A stretch of DNA of 64,000 nucleotides from an uncultured Rhodobacteraceae bacterium (GCA_947489445.1 CANLDN010000008.1:14614-78613), one strand, 5' to 3'. Shown: positions 37,793 to 47,899, counted from the first letter of the stretch. Translations and numbers: made by a program. Notes: a model not told the origin generated them from the letters alone.

Positions 37793-38940
37793 GAGTATTT
37801 GTGATTGCGGGCGAGGCGTCGGGCGACAAGCTGGGTTCCGCCTTGATGGCGGGGCTGAAGCAGTTGCGCCCGGAGGTGACATTTGATGGGGTCGGCGGTC
37901 CGCTGATGCAGGCCGAGGGGCTGGTCAGCCGCTTTCCCATGGACGAGTTGAGCGTGATGGGGTTGGCCGAGATATTGCCACGGTATCGCGCGCTCAAGGC
38001 CCGGATCAGGCAGATGGTCGAGGCGATTTTGGAAACCCGGCCTGACATCCTAATCACGATTGATAGCCCTGATTTTTGTTTGCGTGTCGCGCGCCTGGTG
38101 AAGGCCGCCAGTGATGTTCGCACGGTCCATTACGTGGCGCCGACCGTCTGGGCCTGGCGTCCGGGGCGGGCGAAAAAGATGGCGCGCCATATCGATCATG
38201 TGCTGGCGCTGTTTCCGTTTGAGCCGCCTTATATGCATGCGGCTGGAATGGACTGCGATTTTGTCGGGCATCCGGTTGTTGCAGAACCAGTGGCGTCGGA
38301 GGTTGAAGCGTCGGCTTTTGGCGAGGCCACGATTGTTCTGGTACTGCCGGGCAGCCGTAAGAGTGAAGTGTCGCGCCTTGCGGATCGCTTTGGTGAGGCA
38401 GTAATGCGCATTGCCGCGGCGGTGCCGGATGCGCGGTTTGTCATCCCGACCACCGGTGGCGTTCATGCGTTGGTGCAAGAGCGGGTCGCGCAGTGGTCTG
38501 TGCCGGTGACCGTGCTGGACCCGGGGTCACCTGATAAGGCCGCTTGGTTCAAACGGGCGGATGTGGCACTGGCCGCATCGGGGACTGTGTCGCTGGAGCT
38601 GGCGGCGAATGAGACGCCGATGGTGATTGCCTATGATATGGCTTGGCTGAGTCGCATCATCATCAGCAGCATGTTGCGCGTGGATACTGTGACCTTGGTC
38701 AATCTGGTGAGCGATACGCGCGTGGTGCCGGAGTTCATCGGCAAGGATTGTGCGGCGGAACCGATTACCGAAGCCGTGTTGCAAGTGTTGAAAGCACCGG
38801 AGGCGCAGCGTGACGCCATGGCGTTGACGATGGAACGATTGGGTTTGGGCGGGACCCCGCCAGGGCTACGCGCGGCGCAGGCGGTTTTGGATGGGTTTGA
38901 GCAAGCGACCGTCCAGAATGATAAGCCCAAGGGCGAGTAA
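37789..38940 (+). CDS. lpxB: Lipid-A-disaccharide synthase
   Basis: AGEASGDKLG, IDSPDF, HYVAPTVWAWR, LPGSRKSE and ASGTVSLE motifs. Confidence 0.97.
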   Translation: MRVFVIAGEASGDKLGSALMAGLKQLRPEVTFDGVGGPLMQAEGLVSRFPMDELSVMGLAEILPRYRALKARIRQMVEAILETRPDILITIDSPDFCLRVARLVKAASDVRTVHYVAPTVWAWRPGRAKKMARHIDHVLALFPFEPPYMHAAGMDCDFVGHPVVAEPVASEVEASAFGEATIVLVLPGSRKSEVSRLADRFGEAVMRIAAAVPDARFVIPTTGGVHALVQERVAQWSVPVTVLDPGSPDKAAWFKRADVALAASGTVSLELAANETPMVIAYDMAWLSRIIISSMLRVDTVTLVNLVSDTRVVPEFIGKDCAAEPITEAVLQVLKAPEAQRDAMALTMERLGLGGTPPGLRAAQAVLDGFEQATVQNDKPKGE

Positions 38941-39789
38941 GCCGAAACCGATGAAGGCGCGCAGCGGTAGGGCTTCGCCCAGCACCACCGCGCCAAGGAT
39001 GATCGCGACGGGTGCCACAAGCAGGGTGCAGAGCATCAGGTTGCCGCTGCCTGCCATCGCCAGCACGCGGTAATAGAGCAGGTAGGCCACGGCGGTGGCG
39101 ATGATTGCGTAATACGCGATAGCCGCCCATGTATCGGGTTGCAGGGTCAGGCTGATCGGCCCTTCGATGAACCAAGCGGCGGGGATCGTGATCAGGCTTG
39201 AACCGGTCAGCATACCTGCTGCTGCCACTTGTGGGGTCAGCCCGCCCATCATTTTACGCGCCCAAACGCCTGCAAGTGCATAACTGATTGTGCCGCCGAT
39301 GACGGCCAATTGCCCCAGTGAGCGGATGTCGAATTGCATGAGTGCGGAGAGACCGATCGCTGTGGCGACTCCGAAGAAGCCGAGGGTGACGCCGATGGCT
39401 TTGCGCATGGTCAGCCGTTCGTCCGCGAAGAAGAGCGCGGCGGCGATCACGCCAAAGATGGCGGTGGCCGCATTCAGGATGGAGGTCAGGCCGGTTTCGA
39501 TATGCAATTGTCCCCAAGCCATGAGGCTGAAAGGGATCACGTTGTTGAGCAGGCCCATGACAAGGAATGCCGCCCAAATGCGCGGTTCCTTGGGGATGGG
39601 GAGGCGGCGCAGGATGACGTAGGTCCAGAGGATCAGCATGGCCCAGCCGGTCCGGTGGGCGACAGTTGTTAGTGGGCCGATTTCATCGAGGGCGATGCGG
39701 ATGGACAGGAACGAGCCACCCCAAATAAGCGAGAGGACGAGGAGTTCGGCCCACGCGCGGGGCGATATGGTTTTCTGGACCAGTGTCAT
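38866..39789 (-). CDS. DMT/EamA-family transporter
   Basis: Ten TM helices; IWGGSF, LLNNVIPF and ILNAATAIF. The 3' end overlaps lpxB. Confidence 0.9.
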   Translation of the reverse strand: MTLVQKTISPRAWAELLVLSLIWGGSFLSIRIALDEIGPLTTVAHRTGWAMLILWTYVILRRLPIPKEPRIWAAFLVMGLLNNVIPFSLMAWGQLHIETGLTSILNAATAIFGVIAAALFFADERLTMRKAIGVTLGFFGVATAIGLSALMQFDIRSLGQLAVIGGTISYALAGVWARKMMGGLTPQVAAAGMLTGSSLITIPAAWFIEGPISLTLQPDTWAAIAYYAIIATAVAYLLYYRVLAMAGSGNLMLCTLLVAPVAIILGAVVLGEALPLRAFIGFGLLALGLIILDGRLLKPIQNRLRRA

Positions 39790-39848
39790 TTGGGGGACTT
39801 GAGCGGGTTGAGCCGATCGGCGCAACCCGGATCATGCGGCAGGGCAAA

Positions 39849-39891
39849 GAAAAAGCCCCGCCGGGATGGGCAGGGCTTTTTGGGTTTCGTT
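39849..39891 (-). terminator. Intrinsic terminator after the FadL-type porin gene
   Basis: AAAAAGCCC-cgcc...gggc-AGGGCTTTTT hairpin. Confidence 0.75.
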
Positions 39892-39901
39892 TTGCGCTGG
39901 C

Positions 39902-41011
39902 TTAGAAGCTATAGCCGACCGTCAGACCGACACCGACCGCTGTATTGTCTTCAAAATCAACCGACGTTCCGTCTGTCGCATCACCAAGCATGCTGTATTC
40001 AATGCCGCCTGAAATCTCGACATCATTCACGGTATAGCTGCCGCCAAAACCAAAGCTGGTGGTGCCATCGGTTGGTGCGAGGCGCGATGCTTCCTTATCA
40101 TTGCCGTCTTCAAACGTGATCCGACCGAATACTGAAAGATCTTCATTGATCCGCCGTCCGACACCAACCCGGTAAGTGAATACATCATCATCAATACCGG
40201 TCACCCGGTCGCCGGTTTCGTTTTCATAGCTTTCGGGCCGCACTTCCCAAACTGACCATTCAGCCCAGCGGATCGAACCAAAAAGCAATGTGTCCTGAGC
40301 GATGCCAGATTGGAAATCCAGGGTGACGGATTGTGGCATTTCAATCTCGGTCGTGCTTTCGACCTCTGGATTACCGGCAAATACTTCGGTTGTTTCGAAT
40401 TCGTGGGTCACGCCGCTTTCGTAGGTCAGAGATACACGTAACGCGATTTCAGGGCGTTCGTAGGCTGCCCCGACGACATAACCTACTTGCAAGTCGCTTT
40501 CAGTCTCGGCGCTGTATGGCGCAATGATGGCACCACCTGTCGCGCCAAAAACAAGGCTGGTTGGAATGTCGATTGTTGCTTCTGACTGGATTGCACGTAC
40601 GCCGCCGTAAACGGAAACGCCCTCTGCCGCGCGGTATTTACCGACGACAGCGATCTGGGTGCTGTTCCATTCGGCTGCAAGCCCATCATAAAATCCGGAA
40701 GTATAGTCTGCATCAGCACCGAAAGGTTGGTTGATGAAAAGCGCAACATCCAATTCGTTGGTCAATCCATACTTTAAGGCTGCACCCGCGCTGAAATAGC
40801 TTTCCGCCATATTGTCAGTTGAGCCCGTGCCCAGCGGCCCGCCGGGATATTCGCCCGAAACGTCAGGCGTGACTGAGGAAAAAGAAAGCTGCGCATAGTT
40901 CCCTTCTTCAAAAAGAACCGAATAGGCGTTGCCTGTCCGATCAATGCCTCCTGCGCTTGCAATGCTTGTGCTAAGCAGCAGCGCTGCGCCTGCTGTTAAT
41001 ACCTTTTTCAT
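39902..41011 (-). CDS. OmpP1/FadL/TodX-family outer membrane transporter
   Basis: Signal peptide, GGIDR N-terminus, QPFGADADY, YERPEIALRVSLTY, MPQSVTLDFQSGIA and C-terminal YSF. Confidence 0.85.
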   Translation of the reverse strand: MKKVLTAGAALLLSTSIASAGGIDRTGNAYSVLFEEGNYAQLSFSSVTPDVSGEYPGGPLGTGSTDNMAESYFSAGAALKYGLTNELDVALFINQPFGADADYTSGFYDGLAAEWNSTQIAVVGKYRAAEGVSVYGGVRAIQSEATIDIPTSLVFGATGGAIIAPYSAETESDLQVGYVVGAAYERPEIALRVSLTYESGVTHEFETTEVFAGNPEVESTTEIEMPQSVTLDFQSGIAQDTLLFGSIRWAEWSVWEVRPESYENETGDRVTGIDDDVFTYRVGVGRRINEDLSVFGRITFEDGNDKEASRLAPTDGTTSFGFGGSYTVNDVEISGGIEYSMLGDATDGTSVDFEDNTAVGVGLTVGYSF

Positions 41012-41070
41012 GTCCTCATCCCTGTCATGAATATTACTGTACCGGCGACCCTAAGGAGTGCCTGACCTTT

Positions 41071-41094
41071 GCGTCAATTCTTGACGCCACGTCA
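41071..41094. promoter_or_regulatory. Palindrome cluster upstream of the FadL-type gene
   Basis: GCGTCAA-ttc-TTGACGC overlapping TGACG-cca-CGTCA; a further TTGACGC at ~41142. Confidence 0.4.
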
Positions 41095-41167
41095 CACCCT
41101 TCGTCGAGTCGCTACGTTACAAAAATGCACTAAGGGCCGCGTTGACGCAATTTTTTAACACGAAAAC

Positions 41168-42034
41168 TCAGGTTTTTTGTAAACGTGTTGCGTGCGTGAT
41201 GTTGAGGTAATTCGCGGTAAAGATGAGAAGGGCGCCGACAAAAACCAGCACCTCGAGCGGTTCATTGTAGACCAGCATACCGACAATTGCGATCACGGGT
41301 AGCCGTACGAAGTCTATTGGCATAACGACGCTTGCAGGTGCGATGCTAAGTGCCTTGGTCAGGCAGAAATGTGCCACCAACCCGGCACAGGCGATCACGA
41401 TAACCCAAGGTGTTGCCGCCAGCGAGGGCAGGCTGATGTCGCCATCATAGCCAGCCGCGATCAACCCAAAGCCCGCCTGCATCACGGTCAGATAAAACAG
41501 GATCGTTGTGATCGTTTCTGTGCGTGTCAGTTTGCGGGTGAAGATGGCCGTCAGTGCGAAGAAGACCGCACAGCCTGCCGCCGCGATCAGTCCGGGGCTG
41601 ATATTGGCGGGGTCCGGCCGGGCCACAATCAGGATGCCGATAAATCCAATGCTTGCTGAGAGCAGTCCGATGGCTGTCAGCCGCTCTTTGAGGATCAGGG
41701 GTGACAGCAGGATCACCCAGATCGGTGTGGTAAATTCCAGTGCAAAGACCTGTGCCAAGGGCAGAACGGCGATGGCATAGAACCACAGGTTTTGGCCCGC
41801 GAAGTGACATATATTGCGCGTGAAATGCAGGCTGAGATTGTTGCGTCTGACTTGGCTCAGGGTCCCTGTGAACCGCGCGATGCTGACAACGATGACAATG
41901 CCGACGAGGCTGCGAAACAGCATGATCTCGAACGTGTCCAGTTCAAGACTGACGGCGCGCCCAGCCACGGCCATGGTGGTAAAAGATGTGATGGCCCCGA
42001 TCATCCAAAGTGCCGCGCGCAAATTGGTATTCAT
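41168..42034 (-). CDS. DMT/EamA-family transporter
   Basis: Ten TM helices; ELDTFEIMLFRS, GQNLWFYA, ALEFTTPIW and PIDFVRLP motifs. Start at MNTNLRAALW. Confidence 0.9.
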   Translation of the reverse strand: MNTNLRAALWMIGAITSFTTMAVAGRAVSLELDTFEIMLFRSLVGIVIVVSIARFTGTLSQVRRNNLSLHFTRNICHFAGQNLWFYAIAVLPLAQVFALEFTTPIWVILLSPLILKERLTAIGLLSASIGFIGILIVARPDPANISPGLIAAAGCAVFFALTAIFTRKLTRTETITTILFYLTVMQAGFGLIAAGYDGDISLPSLAATPWVIVIACAGLVAHFCLTKALSIAPASVVMPIDFVRLPVIAIVGMLVYNEPLEVLVFVGALLIFTANYLNITHATRLQKT

Positions 42035-42120
42035 CGCAGCACTGTATCGCAAGCCAACCGATGTCTTCGGGGGTATTCCATGAAGTGCAGTTGTGACGGT
42101 GCGCGGGGCTTTTGCAAGCC

Positions 42121-42732
42121 CTACTGCAGTAGATTGTCGTTGTTGCCGCCGGTCGCGGACCACATGATGGCCCGACCGAGGTTGAACCAGACGGCAGCGG
42201 TTTCGCGTCCGATCATACGGAGGTTGATTGATCCGTTCGCTTCCCGCCGCAGGCGGGTGGAATGGACTATGTGCAGATCGCGCATGCCCATCCACCAAAA
42301 ACTCGCCGCCGCGCGGGGTAGGTGGAACCCTTCGGTGACAAGGATCACGCGGTCATTCGTGTTTAGATACGGTCTGGAGAAGAGCGCGTTTTGCAGAGTT
42401 GAAAGTGAGCCGTTTTCGGTGGTGATGGCGTCGGCTGGCACCCCCAGACTGACGGCCAACTGCGCCATCATATCGCCTGCACCCGGTCCGTCCGGCACTG
42501 CCCGTCCGCCGCTGAAATGGATGCGTGCTGCGGCACCAGCATTGAAGAGCGCCGCACCCCTTTCGACCCGATTAATCGTGCTGCGGTGCAGTGTGCCGTC
42601 AGCATCCATGCCTGCGCCAAGTACCACAATGACGTCGCCCTTTGGTGTGTGTTCCGGGTGCATCACCGCAAAAATGACGATGCCTGTCGCTGTGAGGGCC
42701 AGTACGGCGATGCCCGCCATAATGAGACGCAT
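42121..42732 (-). CDS. YdcF/DUF218 (SanA/ElyC-like) protein
   Basis: DVIVVLGAG, FSGG, ENGSLSTLQNA, LVTEGFHLPRA and RE motifs. Confidence 0.88.
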   Translation of the reverse strand: MRLIMAGIAVLALTATGIVIFAVMHPEHTPKGDVIVVLGAGMDADGTLHRSTINRVERGAALFNAGAAARIHFSGGRAVPDGPGAGDMMAQLAVSLGVPADAITTENGSLSTLQNALFSRPYLNTNDRVILVTEGFHLPRAAASFWWMGMRDLHIVHSTRLRREANGSINLRMIGRETAAVWFNLGRAIMWSATGGNNDNLLQ

Positions 42733-42800
42733 GATGAGGCGGATGGTTTCGCTCCGTTCTTTGGGTCGTTAGGGTTTGCGCAGAAATGAGGAGAAGTGCA

Positions 42801-43397
42801 ATGCGCCTGGTGTTTGCCCTGATGCTGTGGTCGGGGGCGGCTGTTGCGGACCCAGTTGCTGATGTGGCTGCTGCCGCCGCCGCTGCGTTTGACGAGATGC
42901 CGCGTGTGCAGCGGGTCGATCAGATTGCGGGCCGCTGTGGCGCTGATGCGACAGTGAACGACCAGGTCGCCTATTGTACGACGCGGAACGTTATTTTTCT
43001 CGTATCCGATGGTTCCGTCGCCCCGTACTTGGTGGCCCATGCCTATGGTCATGCGGTGCAGGTCAGGCATGGCGTAGCGGATTTTGCGTTGGCGCAGATC
43101 AGGGCGCGGCGTAGTGAAGAAGCAATGTTGCGCGGCCTTGTTGCCCGCCAGGTCGATTGTGTGGCTGGTTTTCTGATGGTGCAGGCGGGGCTGCCGCAGG
43201 CGTCACTGATGGACTGGTTTGAGGCCGAACCCTTCACCGGGGTGCATTGGGGGCGCCACCCGTTGCGCGTAGGCCCCGTGGTCAGCATCGGTTTGGTCGA
43301 ACGGGACGCTTGGTTTCAGATCGGTCAGGCCGGTGATCTGGCCGCCTGTGCGCCGGGGGAGTTCACCGCGGACCTGCTGGTCGTTGCATTGCGCTGA
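42801..43397 (+). CDS. Exported YpfJ-like neutral zinc metallopeptidase homologue with a degenerate active site
   Basis: AYCTTRNVIF, YLVAHAYGHAVQ and ARQVDCVAG parallel the YpfJ AHE.GHHVQ and ELQADC.AG motifs. Confidence 0.6.
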   Translation: MRLVFALMLWSGAAVADPVADVAAAAAAAFDEMPRVQRVDQIAGRCGADATVNDQVAYCTTRNVIFLVSDGSVAPYLVAHAYGHAVQVRHGVADFALAQIRARRSEEAMLRGLVARQVDCVAGFLMVQAGLPQASLMDWFEAEPFTGVHWGRHPLRVGPVVSIGLVERDAWFQIGQAGDLAACAPGEFTADLLVVALR

Positions 43398-43402
43398 CGG
43401 CT

Positions 43403-44200
43403 TTATTGCGCTGATGTTTTTGGCGTCAGGGTTAGCCATTCCATGGCGTCGAGACGATTTTCGCTGAATGCCAATAACCGATGGTCGTCGTTGAACTGTG
43501 CCAACTCAGGGAACGAGCCAATCGGGATCGGCGCTTGGTGCAAGCTGGTATGGTCAAAAAATGCTGACGCGCGATCGATTAATGCCGCGCGTTTGGCCTT
43601 ACCTTCAGGTTGGTTTGTTCTGTGTAGTTCGATGATAACGTGGTGATTGCGTAAGATCTGCAATACAGTATCGTCGAGAAATTGAAACTCGGCACCTTCG
43701 ATATCGATCAGCACAACACCGGTCGGGTGTTCTTTCACGAGCTTATCAAGCGACGTCGCATCCGCCGTTTCGCGGATATCCAGCGTGACTCCATTCAGTT
43801 CAGCGACATCAGCAAGCGAGGCCCGACCCTGCGGCGCCTGTTCAAAGGCGATGACCTTGTCAAAAAGGCCGCCTTTCAGTGCGCCAACTGCGAAATACCC
43901 ATCCGCAGCGCCGATATCGATAAAGACATCTTGCGGACCAATCTTTAGGGCAGCGATGTAGTCCATGACTTGGCGTTCATACGTGCCCAGTATCTTGCCT
44001 GTGCGATCAAAACTGCCCCACCATGACTTTGCCGGCAGTTTCATGCCGCGAAAAGGACCATATGCGACCGTATCATCGTGCCATTCGCGCACGTGGTTGC
44101 ACATCGTGCGTTTGATATGGTTTATCGCCGATTTTCGGGCCTTGGGGCTGTGGTTGCCCCACTTTGCATCGTACCATTTCGCAAAACGTGTTTTTGCCAT
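43403..44200 (-). CDS. SAM-dependent methyltransferase, FkbM-like
   Basis: LGTYE, FIDIGAADGYF (SAM motif), VIAFE and LIDIEGAE motifs. Confidence 0.75.
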   Translation of the reverse strand: MAKTRFAKWYDAKWGNHSPKARKSAINHIKRTMCNHVREWHDDTVAYGPFRGMKLPAKSWWGSFDRTGKILGTYERQVMDYIAALKIGPQDVFIDIGAADGYFAVGALKGGLFDKVIAFEQAPQGRASLADVAELNGVTLDIRETADATSLDKLVKEHPTGVVLIDIEGAEFQFLDDTVLQILRNHHVIIELHRTNQPEGKAKRAALIDRASAFFDHTSLHQAPIPIGSFPELAQFNDDHRLLAFSENRLDAMEWLTLTPKTSAQ

Positions 44201-44201
44201 G

Positions 44202-45761
44202 CTATTCCCACTCGATCGTGCCGGGTGGCTTGCTGGTGATGTCATAAGTCACCCGATTGATTCCCTGCACTTCGTTGATGATCCGGGTGGCGGTTTCACC
44301 AAGGAATTCGTGGCTGAATGGGTAGTAGTCCGCAGTCATCCCGTCGACGGATGTAACAGCCCGCAATGCGCAGGCGAAATCGTAGGTGCGTCCGTCGCCC
44401 ATGACCCCAACCGTACGGACGGGCAGGATCGCCACAAAGGCCTGCCAGATGTCATCATAAAGCCCGTGTTTGCGGATCTGGTCGATATAGACGGCATCGG
44501 CCTTGCGCAGTATGTCGAGTTTTTCGCGGGTAATCTCACCCGGGCACCGGATGGCCAGTCCGGGGCCGGGGAAGGGGTGGCGTCCGATGAAGCTGGCGGG
44601 CAGGCCCAGTTCGCGTCCAAGGGCGCGAACCTCGTCTTTGAAAAGCTCCCGCAGGGGTTCGACCAGTTTGAGGCCCATTTTTTCGGGCAGACCGCCGACA
44701 TTGTGGTGGCTTTTGATCGTGACCGATGGCCCGCCTGAGAAGCTGACGCTTTCGATTACATCGGGGTAAAGCGTGCCTTGTGCAAGAAATTCGGCGCCTT
44801 CGATCACGTTAGCGTATTTCTGGAAGACGTCGATGAACAGCTTGCCGATGATCTTGCGTTTGGTTTCGGGGTCGGATTGGCCTTCAAGTTCACCAAGGAA
44901 CAGTTCTGTTTCATCTGCGTGGATGACGTGCAGGTTCATGTGGTCGCGGAACATGCCGACCACTTCGTCCGCTTCGTTCAGGCGCAGAAGGCCGTGATCG
45001 ACGAAGACGCAGGTGAGCTGATCGCCGATGGCTTCGTGCAATAGCGCCGCCGCGACGGACGAATCGACGCCGCCGGACAGCGCGCAGATGACTTGTTTGT
45101 CGCCGACCTGTTCTTTGATCGCCGCAATCGCCTGTTCGCGATAGGCGCCCATCGTCCAGTCGCCGGTGAAGCCCGCCAGCCGGACAAAGTTTTCATAGAG
45201 TTTTGCGCCGTTGGGCGTGTGGTGCACCTCTGGATGAAACTGGACGGCGTAAAAGTTACGCGCGACGTCCGCAGTAATGGCGAAAGGGGCGTTGGGTGAT
45301 GTGCCATAGACCGAAAATCCGGGAGCGATTTCAGAGACATGGTCGCCATGGCTCATCCATACTTGTTCTTTATCGGTTTGGAACCAGCCTTCGAGGAGGG
45401 TCAGTTTTCCTTCGGGTTTGACGAAGGCCCGACCAAATTCTTTGGTGCCATGGCCGCTGACCACTTTGCCGCCCAACTGCGTCATCATGGTTTGCTGTCC
45501 GTAGCAGATGCCAAGAACGGGCACGCCCATTGTGAACACACTGTTCGGCGCACGCGGTGAACCTTCTCGGGTGACGCTATCGGGGCCGCCTGACAGGATG
45601 ACCGCCTTGGGCGCGAAATCGGTCAGAAAATCATCGGTGACGTTCTGATAGGGGTGGATTTCACAGTAGACATTCAGCTCGCGCAGGCGGCGGGCGATCA
45701 GCTGCGTGACTTGGCTGCCGAAATCGATGATCAGAAGGCGTTCGTGGGTGCTGTTTTCCAT
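44202..45761 (-). CDS. guaA: GMP synthase (glutamine-hydrolysing)
   Basis: [36 protein letters not shown] and IKSHHNVGG motifs. Confidence 0.99.
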   Translation of the reverse strand: MENSTHERLLIIDFGSQVTQLIARRLRELNVYCEIHPYQNVTDDFLTDFAPKAVILSGGPDSVTREGSPRAPNSVFTMGVPVLGICYGQQTMMTQLGGKVVSGHGTKEFGRAFVKPEGKLTLLEGWFQTDKEQVWMSHGDHVSEIAPGFSVYGTSPNAPFAITADVARNFYAVQFHPEVHHTPNGAKLYENFVRLAGFTGDWTMGAYREQAIAAIKEQVGDKQVICALSGGVDSSVAAALLHEAIGDQLTCVFVDHGLLRLNEADEVVGMFRDHMNLHVIHADETELFLGELEGQSDPETKRKIIGKLFIDVFQKYANVIEGAEFLAQGTLYPDVIESVSFSGGPSVTIKSHHNVGGLPEKMGLKLVEPLRELFKDEVRALGRELGLPASFIGRHPFPGPGLAIRCPGEITREKLDILRKADAVYIDQIRKHGLYDDIWQAFVAILPVRTVGVMGDGRTYDFACALRAVTSVDGMTADYYPFSHEFLGETATRIINEVQGINRVTYDITSKPPGTIEWE

Positions 45762-45901
45762 GTGCGCTTCTATAGCCGCTATGTTTCGCGGTGCAAGAGA
45801 GGCTGATGTCGCTTTTGCATGCCAAGCGGCGCAAAAGCCATGATGTGTTCCGGGGGGGAGCGGTATTCATACCTCACCATATGCCAAGGGAGTACGGGGA
45901 C

Positions 45902-47452
45902 ATGTCAGACGCACCGGTCAGATCAGGACGCCGCGCACGCGGTGGCGGCGGTGCAGCGCGTCGGGCGGAGCGCACGGCGGTCAGTGTCGAGACGGCCAAG
46001 TATATCGAACGAAATGTGCCCAATTATGAGGTCCTGACCGAGGAGGCCTTGGATGTGATTGAGGCCAATGCCGAGACGGTGCTGGCAGAGATTGGCGTGA
46101 ATTTCGTCGAAAACTCCGAAGCGTTGGCTCGCTGGAAAGAGGCGGGCGCTGATATTGATGGCGAGCGCGTGCGCATTCCGCGCGGTTTGGCGCGTAAACT
46201 GTGCGCAACGGCACCGTCCGAATTCACGCAACATGCGCGTAACCCCGAACGGAATGTGGTGATTGGCGGCAAGAACCTGGTTTTAGCCCCTGTTTATGGC
46301 CCGCCATTCGTGCGCGATGCCGAAGGTGGCCGCCGTTATGCGACCATGGCGGATTTCGAAAAGTTCGTGAAGCTGGGATATATGTCCAAATGGCTGCATC
46401 ATTCGGGCGGCACCGTATGTGAACCAACGGACGTGCCGGTGAATAAACGCCATCTGGATATGTTGCTGGCGCATATGATCTATTCCGACAAGCCATTCAT
46501 GGGCGCGGTGACTGAGCCAAGCCGGGCACAGGATTCGGTGGAGATGTGTGAAATCCTGTTCGGCAAGGAGTTTGTGCAGAACAACACGGTCATGACATCG
46601 TTGATCAATATCAACTCACCATTGACGTTTGATAATGTGATGATGGGCGCGTTGGAGGTTTTTGCCCAGAACAATCAGGCGTCCATCATCAGCCCGTTTA
46701 TCGTTGGTGGGGCTATGGCGCCCGTATCGGTTGCGGGTACGCTGACGCAGGTGATGGCAGAGGTGATGGCGGGCGTTGCCTATAGCCAGTTGATCCGACC
46801 CGGTGCGCCCGTGATCTTTGGTGCGTTTGTGACATCGATTGATATGAATTCCGGCGCGCCGACCTTTGGCACGCCTGAGGCGAGCCATATCACATATGGT
46901 GCCGGTCAATTGGCGCGGCGTCTGGGTCTACCATATCGGTCTGCAGGGTCGTTTTGCGGGTCGAAACTGCCAGATGCGCAGGCGGCCTATGAGACCGCAA
47001 ACAGTCTGAACATGGGTTTGCTATCAGGGGTGAATTTCATGCTGCATAGCTGTGGTTGGCTGGAAGGTGGGCTGGTCGCATCATTCGAGAAGTTTGTGAT
47101 GGATGCCGATCAGTTAGGCACGTTGCATCATTTTGCGCGGGGCGTTGATATGTCCCAGAACGGTCAAGCCATGGGGGCAATCCAAGAGGTTGGTCCGGGT
47201 GGGCACTACTTGGGCTGTGAACACACCCAAGCCAATTTCAAATCGGCGTTCTGGCGGTCTGATCTGTTTGATTACAAGCCGTTTGAGACTTGGGACGAAG
47301 AGGGTGCCCGGGATACCCAAGTGTTGGCCACTGCACGGGTTAAAAAACTACTCGATACCTATCAGCAACCGGCACTGGATCCCGATATTGAAGCGCGTCT
47401 GCGCGCCTATGTGGCCGAAAAAAAGGCCAGTATGCCCGACGCCTTCACATAA
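45902..47452 (+). CDS. Trimethylamine methyltransferase (MttB) family protein, non-pyrrolysine
   Basis: APSEFTQHARNP, APVYGPPFV, NINSPL, AGTLTQ, SIDMNSGAPTFGTPE and HSCGWLEGGL; no in-frame amber codon. Confidence 0.92.
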   Translation: MSDAPVRSGRRARGGGGAARRAERTAVSVETAKYIERNVPNYEVLTEEALDVIEANAETVLAEIGVNFVENSEALARWKEAGADIDGERVRIPRGLARKLCATAPSEFTQHARNPERNVVIGGKNLVLAPVYGPPFVRDAEGGRRYATMADFEKFVKLGYMSKWLHHSGGTVCEPTDVPVNKRHLDMLLAHMIYSDKPFMGAVTEPSRAQDSVEMCEILFGKEFVQNNTVMTSLININSPLTFDNVMMGALEVFAQNNQASIISPFIVGGAMAPVSVAGTLTQVMAEVMAGVAYSQLIRPGAPVIFGAFVTSIDMNSGAPTFGTPEASHITYGAGQLARRLGLPYRSAGSFCGSKLPDAQAAYETANSLNMGLLSGVNFMLHSCGWLEGGLVASFEKFVMDADQLGTLHHFARGVDMSQNGQAMGAIQEVGPGGHYLGCEHTQANFKSAFWRSDLFDYKPFETWDEEGARDTQVLATARVKKLLDTYQQPALDPDIEARLRAYVAEKKASMPDAFT

Positions 47453-47741
47453 GACGCGGCGCTGTATCGTTCATCAGCCTGACCTCGCCTGCGATGGCGA
47501 TCAGCGCTTCGACATGTCTGGCCGGAGAATAGTTGCCCGAACGTGTTTCGCGAGCCGTGTTCATTTCAGCCTCGATATCGAGCAGGCGGATGATGGCCTC
47601 TGCGTGGCGCGGCAGTTCCCCGGTCTGTAGCAAGCGCGGCAAATGTATCGCACGGCGATAGTCATCGACGCCGAATCGTGCCGCGCGGGCAAGCAGTCGA
47701 GGGCGTGTGAGGGTGTTAACTCTTGTTTGAATATCCAACAT
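47445..47741 (-). CDS. DUF6477-family protein (divergent partner of gafA; R. capsulatus rcc01866-like)
   Basis: RPRLL.RAARFG..DY.R..HL.RLL and Y..ARHVE.LIA motifs; divergent from the gafA-like gene. Confidence 0.75.
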   Translation of the reverse strand: MLDIQTRVNTLTRPRLLARAARFGVDDYRRAIHLPRLLQTGELPRHAEAIIRLLDIEAEMNTARETRSGNYSPARHVEALIAIAGEVRLMNDTAPRLM

Positions 47742-47882
47742 TTGTAAACCTTACTTTACGTTAAGTTGCATCAATCAGCATGACACATGCTTGACGGGTG
47801 TTGCCGAATCTCCATTAGTTAAGAACGCTCAGGTCAGATTTGTTTATCTTTTCGAAAGAATAGTTGACGGACGAAACACACC

Positions 47883-47899
47883 GTTAACAAATGAGTAAC
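47883..47899 (-). promoter_or_regulatory. CtrA-like binding site
   Basis: Minus strand TTAC-tcatttg-TTAAC: one mismatch to TTAA-N7-TTAAC, in the AT-rich divergent promoter ~90 nt upstream of the gafA-like ATG. Confidence 0.6.

Noticed and set aside
45902-47452. Pyrrolysine recoding in the MttB homologue
   Set aside because: The ORF is uninterrupted with no in-frame TAG, and there are no pyl genes; it belongs to the common non-Pyl family.
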